Below, in pieces: positions 29,519-37,265 of a DNA stretch of 58,312 nucleotides (position 1 is the stretch's first letter; each line of letters starts with the position of its first letter). The DNA lies in the IMG/VR virus record IMGVR_UViG_3300017706_001678, positions 1 through 58,312 of that record; one strand, 5' to 3'. A model generated the notes under the pieces. That model did no database searches. It had not been told where the DNA came from and saw nothing but the letters and a program-made list of their open reading frames with translations. Origin of the DNA: a virus (taxonomy: Duplodnaviria; Caudoviricetes). A program made the translations under genes and the position numbers.

Positions 29519-32500
29519 ATGGGTACATTTCCAAACAGTCCGAGTGTAAATGATACTACCACTATAGGCAGTAAAACTTTTAAATGGACAGGCTATGCTT
29601 GGACTCAAGAAGTTTCTGGTAGTAGTGGTTCTAGTGGCGGAGCTTCTGCTACAGGTGCAACCTATGTCTATACCTCTGGTGGTAGTCTTTCGAATGCTTC
29701 TAGTAATGGAGAATTTTTCCATAGCACTAGCAGCAATACAATTTCAATAAATCAAAATGATAATGATGGAGATAGTTTTGCTAATGCGTTAAATGGCACA
29801 TTGACTACCACGGGTAGAATTGGTGTTATTTTTGGTGACTCTACAATAGAAAGAAACTTCTATTATGATTCAGTAACTTTATTTTCAGGATCATATACAT
29901 TTACTGCGACTGGAATTCTACCAAACATTTCAACTGGTAGTGGTAAGACGGTAACAATAAATGTTTATGCTGATGCACCAGCACAGGCTGCTTCTGAATA
30001 CTTTAGATTCCCTGATGGAACAGAAGCAGAAAGTATTGTCACTTCGTTTAATGGTCTTACTGGTGATGTCACTGGTGTTTCTAGTTTCAACGGCGAAACA
30101 GGTGCAGTTACTTTTGACCAATTGACGGCAAAAACATATGCTGTAACTGTCGTCAACGCGAGTGGAAACAAATACGCTATCGACGGTGTTACACAGGATA
30201 CAGTTCATCTTCTTCGTGGTCAGAAATATGTTTTCTCTCTTGCGGGAAGTGTAAGTGGACACCCATTCCATCTACAGACTACCGACAATGGCGGTGCTTA
30301 TGACTCTGGTAATTTATACACCACGGGAGTTGTGAGGGCAGGAGTAGATGACGGTGATATAACATTTACTGTTCCTTATGATGCACCAAATACTCTATAC
30401 TACAGATGTCAATACCACGGTGGTATGGGTGGTGAAGTTTCTATAAAGAATCTTACGTCGAATGATCTACAAGGAATTCAGGGTATTCAAGGCATTCAAG
30501 GCGAAAATGGTGACACTGGAGAACAAGGACCTGTGGGCGACACTGGCCCTGCTGGTTCTGGTGGTGGTAATACTCTTTCTGCCGGTGATGGTCTTACGCT
30601 TTCATCAAACGTAGCAGGTGTAGGACATACTCTAGGTATAGATCCAACCGCAGTGATACATGTCGCAGGTATCTCTAGTGATGGTGGTATTACTGCTGGT
30701 GGAATGATTCAGGGACAACATCTAACCATTGCTGGTAATGGCAACTTTGGTACTGGATCTAGGCTTGTATCTCCAAACAGTCATAGTCTTTACTTTGCGA
30801 CTTCAAGTATAGATCTTAGTACATACGGTAGTGGATCTAGAGGTATCAAGGTAGGGTATAGTACAACAAGTATCGAATCTGCCCACACTCTTGTAACTAA
30901 GGGTCCGGGCATCTCAATGGATGCAGGTGGTATCACCTTCGCCGATGGAACCTTCCAATCAAGTGCTACATCTGCTGTCACTGGTCCTGCTGGACCTGTG
31001 GGTGACACTGGCCCTGCTGGTGCAGGTTCTGGTGGTTCTACCCTATCTGCCGGTGATGGTCTTACGCTTTCATCAAACGTAGCAGGTGTTGGTTATACTC
31101 TAGGTATTGATCCAACCTCCGTAGTTCATGTCGCTGGTATCTCCTCTGATGGTGGTATTACTGCTGGTCTATTCACGATAAATCAGGTCGTGAATGAGAT
31201 GCATGTCCCAGTATCGGCTAGAATAAAAAATAGTAGCAGTCACGGTCTTAAGTTTTCTAGTAGTGGGACTCAGATTCAGGCTGCTGGTTCTGGAAACAAT
31301 AGTTTTGAAGTTAAATCGGGACTTGCAATTGTTAATTCTTCCCTTCTTCTTCATGTTAAAGGTCTCGGAATTTCAATGGATCAAGGTGGTATCACCTTCG
31401 CCGATGGAACCTTCCAATCAAGTGCCGCATCTGGATCTGGTGTGACCGGTGCAGATGGTACTTCCGTTGGTTACACCGCAGGCAATACTGCCCCTGTGGG
31501 TGCAAACACTGGAGATTTCTGGTATGAAAATGACACCGGACTATATTATGCTTATATTTTTGACGGAACTACTTTGGGTTGGATGCAGATTTCTGGTATC
31601 GATGGTGTAACTGGTGCCACTGGTTCCGCTGGATCTGGTGGTGGGGGTGGAGCCACTTACTATGGTGGCGATGGTCTTACACTCTCTTCTGGTAACACAT
31701 TCTCCATAGATCCAACCGCCGTGATCCATGCCGCAGGTATCTCCTGTGATGGTGGTATTACTGTTGGTGGTGAACTACGAGCAGTTTCAGACATCGTATT
31801 CAACGGCGGTTCTAGGATTCAGAACGATTCCAGTAGTAGAAATAGTTACATCTATTTTGAAGATGGAAATGATGGACAAATCAGATTCCGTCCTGATAAT
31901 ATGCCCGCGTTTACTATTGCTAGGTCGGAGGGTGTGATCGTTAACAGTGGAGTTAGATTTAGATCAGAACCAATCGCAGAGTTTCTTGCAGGCATTTCGC
32001 TGGATGCTGGCATCACCTTCCCTGATGGAACCTTCCAATCAACTGCTCCTACTGGGTCTACCATAACCGCTGGTGCAGGTATGACACTCGCTGGATCTAC
32101 TCTAGGTATTGATCCAACCGCCGTGATCCATGCCGCAGGTATCTCTAGTGACGGAGGGATCACTTCATCTGGTGATGTTTACGCTGGTCAAAGGGTTTCC
32201 GTTAGCGGGCACGAAATCTATAGAAATGGTTCGCAAATTCAATTTAATATCAATGGTAATGGTGCTAGAATCAGTTTCGGTGAGTGGGGTAGTGGTATCT
32301 TTAACCATTACCTAGAGTCAGGAAATCATGTGAAAGCAGGAACATATGTGGAAGCAGGAACATATGTTCACGCTGGAACTGGAGTGTCTCTTGACGCTGG
32401 TGGTATCACCTTCCCTGATGGAACCTTCCAGTCTACTGCACCTACTGCATCAACGGTAACCGCCTCTTATTCGGGACACCTTGAATCTGCAATCATGAAG

Positions 32501-32752
32501 ACGTACTACCTCGATCCCAGAGTTCCTGTAGGAAGAACCGTGACTGAGTTCTACGCAATCTGTGGAACTGGTGGATGCTCTGCTGAAATTGGTGGACAAA
32601 ATGGATCAATCTCTACGATCACTGTTTCTCCTACTGGTGTCACTGGATCTCTTGCGAATACTACACTGCCAGTGGGAGGTACTCTTGACATGACTCTTAC
32701 TAATGTAGTTGGATGTTTCGATCTCCGATTTGCAGTGAGGTACACGCAATGA
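29519..32752 (+). CDS. Large modular tail-fibre protein with a cupredoxin-like domain and four internal cassettes
   Basis: 1077 aa; FPNSPS...WTGYAW N-terminus; GHPF...YYRCQYHGGMGG; four IDPT..H.AGIS.DGGIT and four GITF.DGTFQS blocks. Confidence 0.75.
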   Translation: MGTFPNSPSVNDTTTIGSKTFKWTGYAWTQEVSGSSGSSGGASATGATYVYTSGGSLSNASSNGEFFHSTSSNTISINQNDNDGDSFANALNGTLTTTGRIGVIFGDSTIERNFYYDSVTLFSGSYTFTATGILPNISTGSGKTVTINVYADAPAQAASEYFRFPDGTEAESIVTSFNGLTGDVTGVSSFNGETGAVTFDQLTAKTYAVTVVNASGNKYAIDGVTQDTVHLLRGQKYVFSLAGSVSGHPFHLQTTDNGGAYDSGNLYTTGVVRAGVDDGDITFTVPYDAPNTLYYRCQYHGGMGGEVSIKNLTSNDLQGIQGIQGIQGENGDTGEQGPVGDTGPAGSGGGNTLSAGDGLTLSSNVAGVGHTLGIDPTAVIHVAGISSDGGITAGGMIQGQHLTIAGNGNFGTGSRLVSPNSHSLYFATSSIDLSTYGSGSRGIKVGYSTTSIESAHTLVTKGPGISMDAGGITFADGTFQSSATSAVTGPAGPVGDTGPAGAGSGGSTLSAGDGLTLSSNVAGVGYTLGIDPTSVVHVAGISSDGGITAGLFTINQVVNEMHVPVSARIKNSSSHGLKFSSSGTQIQAAGSGNNSFEVKSGLAIVNSSLLLHVKGLGISMDQGGITFADGTFQSSAASGSGVTGADGTSVGYTAGNTAPVGANTGDFWYENDTGLYYAYIFDGTTLGWMQISGIDGVTGATGSAGSGGGGGATYYGGDGLTLSSGNTFSIDPTAVIHAAGISCDGGITVGGELRAVSDIVFNGGSRIQNDSSSRNSYIYFEDGNDGQIRFRPDNMPAFTIARSEGVIVNSGVRFRSEPIAEFLAGISLDAGITFPDGTFQSTAPTGSTITAGAGMTLAGSTLGIDPTAVIHAAGISSDGGITSSGDVYAGQRVSVSGHEIYRNGSQIQFNINGNGARISFGEWGSGIFNHYLESGNHVKAGTYVEAGTYVHAGTGVSLDAGGITFPDGTFQSTAPTASTVTASYSGHLESAIMKTYYLDPRVPVGRTVTEFYAICGTGGCSAEIGGQNGSISTITVSPTGVTGSLANTTLPVGGTLDMTLTNVVGCFDLRFAVRYTQ
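30578..32444 (+). repeat. Dispersed direct repeats bracketing four variable segments
   Basis: Identical 44 bp at 30578/31046, 42 bp at 30925/31384 and 35 bp at 31709/32111. Confidence 0.85.
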
Positions 32753-33888
32753 GTTGGTTCGGTGGAGTAATGAATGGAGATAATGACGCATTTCAACTTG
32801 TTATTTCAACCACATCAAGTTCGTCAACTTTAACATTAGATAAAGAAAACCTTGTAAATGCAGATCTAGATTATATTTGGATTGATTGGGGTGACGGTAC
32901 GCCATATCAACAAGTTAGTGATATTATTTCAGGATCCAATATAGATCATACCTATGCTGATGCTGGAACGTATATAGTTAGAACTTGGCAACAAGATTGG
33001 GATCCTGATAACGGTTCTACATCATCATTTTCTTATGAAAACTTAGGAAATCATCAGTTAGGTACTAATGTTGTTACTATCGCTATAAATAGTTTTGGTC
33101 TAATGAATCATTGTAGTATGGAATACGGTCGTCGGAGGTATGGTTGGAATTGGAATGTTTGGAACTCTGATAATCTTAGTAACTATCCGATAAATCTTAC
33201 TGGCAGATTAAGTAGTTTCTTTGAAGACTGTAGTCACTTACATAATGGATTTCTAGATACTCCAGCAAATAATGAAAGAAATATGAACCAATGGTTTCAG
33301 ACGCAAAATCCGACTGCATTTCAAGGTTCATTTCGTTTTAATAAACATTTTAATCCTCTAATAGGCAAATGGAATATGTCTAATGTAGACATGATGTATC
33401 AGTCATTCTGGGAGTGTATTAAATTTATAGGTATCGGATTACAAGATTGGGATACGAGCAATGTGTATAATTGGGGTATGGCGTTTGAAGATTGCTACAT
33501 CGCCACATTCGAGGACATAGGTAATTGGTCTATGGCGGGTCAATCAAGTATGAACAGAATGTTCAACTATTGTGGCGAACTAAATGAAGATATCAGTGCG
33601 TGGGGAACGAATGATGGTGGAATGCGAACCGCTGGTGGTGCGAACTTCTCCTCGATGTTAAGTTATACTGCAATGAGTATAGAAAACTATAGTAAGTGGA
33701 TAATCTGTCTTGCAAACTGGGCCTATGATAATAGTTATACAACTGCCGAAAGTCTTGGTGGTACTGGGTTATCATATAATTCTACAACCTATAATGGAAT
33801 AGGTAGTGGTCAATATACAGACGCTACGGCGGCCGCAACTTACTTGGAAGGTTTGGGATGGACAATTGGGGGGACTGATCTAGGATGA
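32749..33888 (+). CDS. PKD-like plus BspA/DUF285-type repeat protein
   Basis: IDWGDG...HTYADAGTYIV (PKD); repeats such as FNPLIGKWNMSNV, LQDWDTSNV, LNEDISAW; ATGA overlap at 32749. Confidence 0.75.
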   Translation: MSWFGGVMNGDNDAFQLVISTTSSSSTLTLDKENLVNADLDYIWIDWGDGTPYQQVSDIISGSNIDHTYADAGTYIVRTWQQDWDPDNGSTSSFSYENLGNHQLGTNVVTIAINSFGLMNHCSMEYGRRRYGWNWNVWNSDNLSNYPINLTGRLSSFFEDCSHLHNGFLDTPANNERNMNQWFQTQNPTAFQGSFRFNKHFNPLIGKWNMSNVDMMYQSFWECIKFIGIGLQDWDTSNVYNWGMAFEDCYIATFEDIGNWSMAGQSSMNRMFNYCGELNEDISAWGTNDGGMRTAGGANFSSMLSYTAMSIENYSKWIICLANWAYDNSYTTAESLGGTGLSYNSTTYNGIGSGQYTDATAAATYLEGLGWTIGGTDLG

Positions 33889-34232
33889 AATATAATGCAA
33901 CACAAGTTACATGGTGGATTGCTCATGGTATAGGTGATAAAATTCATGATGGTGTTCTACCCGAAGGAGAACAACTTAGAACTGGACAACCCAACTTCGA
34001 AACATTTGACAATAAAAGAGACTGGGAAGATCGACTACTGGTCCTAGATAGCAGGCCCTCTGATTTTATTGAAGTAGAAAGTTTTGAACAGGAAGATGAT
34101 ATATCATCTACTCTTATAAATGAGTTTGAAAGACTAGATCATGTTTTATACATGGATCAGGTGGATCATTTGTTATACGGAGACAAAAAATTCAGACACG
34201 TTGCGAATCCATCTCGCAGAGAAGATACATAG
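33885..34232 (+). CDS. Hypothetical protein
   Basis: ATGA-coupled 115-aa ORF. Confidence 0.6.
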   Translation: MKYNATQVTWWIAHGIGDKIHDGVLPEGEQLRTGQPNFETFDNKRDWEDRLLVLDSRPSDFIEVESFEQEDDISSTLINEFERLDHVLYMDQVDHLLYGDKKFRHVANPSRREDT

Positions 34233-34249
34233 TATAAAGGAGACTTATA

Positions 34250-34453
34250 ATGAAATCATTATATCCAATGGCAGACATCATGACCCTCATGACTAAAATC
34301 GAGGGTAACATTAATAAACTCGGTGTGATCTACACATCAGAAGAAGAACGAAACGCAATCGACGAAGGTCTGATTGACCAGTTTGTTGTACAAGCAGGAC
34401 AATTAACCACTGCTGCTAACGCACTTAAAGCAATCACCTACACTGGTGATTGA
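34250..34453 (+). CDS. Small hypothetical protein
   Basis: AAGGAG SD; 67 aa. Confidence 0.6.
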   Translation: MKSLYPMADIMTLMTKIEGNINKLGVIYTSEEERNAIDEGLIDQFVVQAGQLTTAANALKAITYTGD

Positions 34454-34470
34454 TAAGGAGATTAACTAAA

Positions 34471-34797
34471 ATGGCTATCACAGACCCAGAAGCAATTAAA
34501 TTCGTAAACGAGTACATCAGACCGATGTGCGAAAACATTCGTTACTCAAACGCAAGAGGTGCTGACTTTGCACTCAAGTGGGCAGGACTCAGCGGAGACT
34601 TTCCAAATGATCCTACAGATATCGTAGAAGATGGTAGAGATGCAGAAGGTATTTCACGACTCAGTGGTGCCGACATCCAAGCAGTCGCAGCAGTCTTTTC
34701 TAGTCTACTTGGTGATCTTGATACAACATCACAGGCAATCATTCAGAAACCATGTGTTCGTCCTCTTCTGTATACTCCTACTACTCAAAATGGGTAA
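34471..34797 (+). CDS. Hypothetical protein
   Basis: AAGGAG SD before ATG at 34471 (MAITDPEAIKFVNE). Confidence 0.65.
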   Translation: MAITDPEAIKFVNEYIRPMCENIRYSNARGADFALKWAGLSGDFPNDPTDIVEDGRDAEGISRLSGADIQAVAAVFSSLLGDLDTTSQAIIQKPCVRPLLYTPTTQNG

Positions 34798-34815
34798 TTT
34801 TTAGGAAAGTTTTAA

Positions 34816-36198
34816 ATGACAGATTATTACGTCAGACCAGTAAATGGTGATGATACTGCCAACGGATTAACTCCTGCGACTGCATGGAAGACTTTCTTTG
34901 CTGCTACAGATCATGGAAATAGTAGAGGTGGTACATATAATTGTGCCACAGTTACTGACGGCGACAGAGTTTTTCTGTGGGCAGAAGGTACAACTGGTGG
35001 TGAAATATTAACACAAAATTTTAGTTGGTATTGGCCTTTAAAAAACGGCAACGTATGTTGTATCGGGGTAAATGAAAGTGGTGTAGAAGACGGTACGAGA
35101 TATAACATATACCTCAACGAAGGCTGGAGTAGTGGGTTTGGTGTTAATACTCAGGGTGCTGGTAACTATAGTGCATATTATCCCGAACTTAGTGGTACAT
35201 ATCAGGGAGACTCAAATTATATGTGGTTGGGAAAAAATTTAAGGTGGACAGAATCCAAAACAATAGATTCCTCACAAGGAGGGGCAAACGGAACAATAAA
35301 CATTGGAAACTATATGGCCTCCGCTCGTCCCATACTATACAATTGTGAGTCTGGTCCATTCACCACTACGGTAGGGGGTAGGGGTTTACCAACTCAGAGT
35401 AGGTATGGTGGTGATATCATGTGGATAAAATGTTATTTTCATAATATAGTTTCGGCTGGAGATCCTCCACTAGCAGATGTTACTATTATTGGGTGTTTGT
35501 TTGATAATGTCAGTAATACTATTGATAGTACTTTATATGGTGGTGGTCCTACTATAATAAACAATGTTTTCGCAAATCACGCAGGTAATGGCGTCATTAA
35601 ATTAAATGAGCAGGCTGGCAATGAAAATGCTCATGCTGTAATAGCAAACAATGTTTTTTATAATAATGATGGTTACTGTATTCAAAGTGAGGACGACCAA
35701 TCATTAAGTAAGTTACATATTCATAATAATATATTTGATTCTAATGAAGCAGTTTTTGATTTAAACAATATAACACACACCTATGCTATGGGTGGTCTTA
35801 GTAATAATATATTTAATAATAATACAAATCTTATGTTAAATGCTGGGTCGAATGCGATAGATGATTTTATGTCTATTGGTTTTGGTGCTGGAGGTTCTGG
35901 TGGAGCAGGAACTTCCTCTGGTATGGATAATGTTTTATCTGGAGCAATCACATATGTTTCTGCTGTTACCGGACCCAGCGGTGATTATAGATTGGATACA
36001 ACATCTGCCAGCGGAATAGAAACAGGAGCACTTCTTATGGGGTCTGGTATAGGAAACAAGTCAGGTTCTGCTGCGTTTTCTGTTACGGACTCCGGTTCTT
36101 TGTCGTTGGGAACGGGTGGTGCTGGAGACACTGTTACTGTTTCGGGAAGATCATTCCAGAAGATCAGCGACAATCCAATTGTCTGGCGACGAGTCTAA
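34816..36198 (+). CDS. Right-handed parallel beta-helix protein (pectin-lyase-like)
   Basis: YYVRPVNGDDTANGLTPATAWKT N-terminus; repeated I.NN.F..N rungs. Confidence 0.75.
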   Translation: MTDYYVRPVNGDDTANGLTPATAWKTFFAATDHGNSRGGTYNCATVTDGDRVFLWAEGTTGGEILTQNFSWYWPLKNGNVCCIGVNESGVEDGTRYNIYLNEGWSSGFGVNTQGAGNYSAYYPELSGTYQGDSNYMWLGKNLRWTESKTIDSSQGGANGTINIGNYMASARPILYNCESGPFTTTVGGRGLPTQSRYGGDIMWIKCYFHNIVSAGDPPLADVTIIGCLFDNVSNTIDSTLYGGGPTIINNVFANHAGNGVIKLNEQAGNENAHAVIANNVFYNNDGYCIQSEDDQSLSKLHIHNNIFDSNEAVFDLNNITHTYAMGGLSNNIFNNNTNLMLNAGSNAIDDFMSIGFGAGGSGGAGTSSGMDNVLSGAITYVSAVTGPSGDYRLDTTSASGIETGALLMGSGIGNKSGSAAFSVTDSGSLSLGTGGAGDTVTVSGRSFQKISDNPIVWRRV

Positions 36199-36207
36199 AT
36201 AAACCAG

Positions 36208-36235
36208 TTGACAATTGAACTTAATACGCTATACT
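36208..36235 (+). promoter_or_regulatory. Sigma70-type early/middle promoter for the dUTPase-replication block
   Basis: TTGACA-N16-TATACT in the intergenic gap. Confidence 0.65.
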
Positions 36236-36266
36236 TTGCGTATAACTTTTACTTTATGGAGATACT

Positions 36267-36836
36267 ATGTCCGAAGCGATGAAGATCCACAAGTTGTATG
36301 CTAATACACTTGAACTTAAACTTGGCAGCCATGAGGCTGCTTGTTACGACATCCATGCTCACTTGCGTGGTCCTGTCACCCCCGAAGATGTTGCACCATT
36401 GATTCGTGAGATCAAGTGGTACGACGGTTACAATCAACCACATACAACCACATCACAGGTTGTCTTCGAAGACGACACACCCATGTGTACATTCACTCTG
36501 AACCCGAAGTGCCGTGCTTTGATTCCGACTGGTATGGTAATGGATATTCCTCTGGGTTTCTCTGCCCGTCTGCATCCACGATCAGGACTTGCAGTGAAGA
36601 ATGGCGTGACTCTGATTAACGCAGAAGGTGTGATCGACGCCGACTATTGTCATGAAGTGTTTATTCCACTCTACAACACCACAAACACACCATTCAAGAT
36701 TACTCACGGCGATCGTATCGCTCAGGTGGAGATTGTTGAATATGCTAGGCAAGTTAGATACATCACATACACACAAGCAACACCAGAATCACAAAAGACC
36801 AACCGCGTAGGCGGTTTCGGATCTACAGGAGTATAA
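36267..36836 (+). CDS. dut: Trimeric dUTPase
   Basis: AACYDI, PRSGLA, GVIDADY, GDRIAQ, RVGGFGSTG. Confidence 0.95.
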   Translation: MSEAMKIHKLYANTLELKLGSHEAACYDIHAHLRGPVTPEDVAPLIREIKWYDGYNQPHTTTSQVVFEDDTPMCTFTLNPKCRALIPTGMVMDIPLGFSARLHPRSGLAVKNGVTLINAEGVIDADYCHEVFIPLYNTTNTPFKITHGDRIAQVEIVEYARQVRYITYTQATPESQKTNRVGGFGSTGV

Positions 36837-36837
36837 T

Positions 36838-37239
36838 ATGACACGCGATGAACTTTTAATGTATCACTCAGAAATATGTAAATCTGCACAGCAACTCATG
36901 TCTGTTAAAAATAAAGACTATGCAGGACATGAGGGAAATGAGCCATTTGCCAACTTTACTCGTGTAGAATCTATGGGTATTTGTACTACAGAACAAGGCT
37001 TCCTTACTCGTATTACTGACAAGATGAGCCGACTTTCTTCGTTTATTCATGCCGGTAAAATGAATGTTCAAGATGAGAGTTTTCAGGACACAGTAGTTGA
37101 TGTCATCAATTACATGGTACTTCTTTCTGCCTACATTTCTGATAGAGATGAAACGCCGTCTAATATATCAAATCCACAATATCTGGTAGAACAGACAGAT
37201 CTTTTTCTGAAAGAAAGAGTTGAAGATTCGATTAAATGA
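36838..37239 (+). CDS. DUF1599 / nucleotide-modification-associated-domain-1-like protein
   Basis: KNKDY...PFANF...RITDKMSRL...ESFQDTVVDVINY. Confidence 0.7.
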   Translation: MTRDELLMYHSEICKSAQQLMSVKNKDYAGHEGNEPFANFTRVESMGICTTEQGFLTRITDKMSRLSSFIHAGKMNVQDESFQDTVVDVINYMVLLSAYISDRDETPSNISNPQYLVEQTDLFLKERVEDSIK

Positions 37240-37248
37240 TGGTATAAT
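37220..37248 (+). promoter_or_regulatory. Sigma70-type promoter upstream of gp43
   Basis: TTGAAG-N17-TATAAT with extended -10 (TGgTATAAT). Confidence 0.6.
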
Positions 37249-37265
37249 AACCACATGGAGAACAA

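Noticed and set aside
30527-32444. CRISPR array or diversity-generating retroelement
   Set aside because: The repeats are in-frame coding segments hundreds of bp apart; no cas or reverse transcriptase gene and no adenine-specific TR/VR pattern were seen
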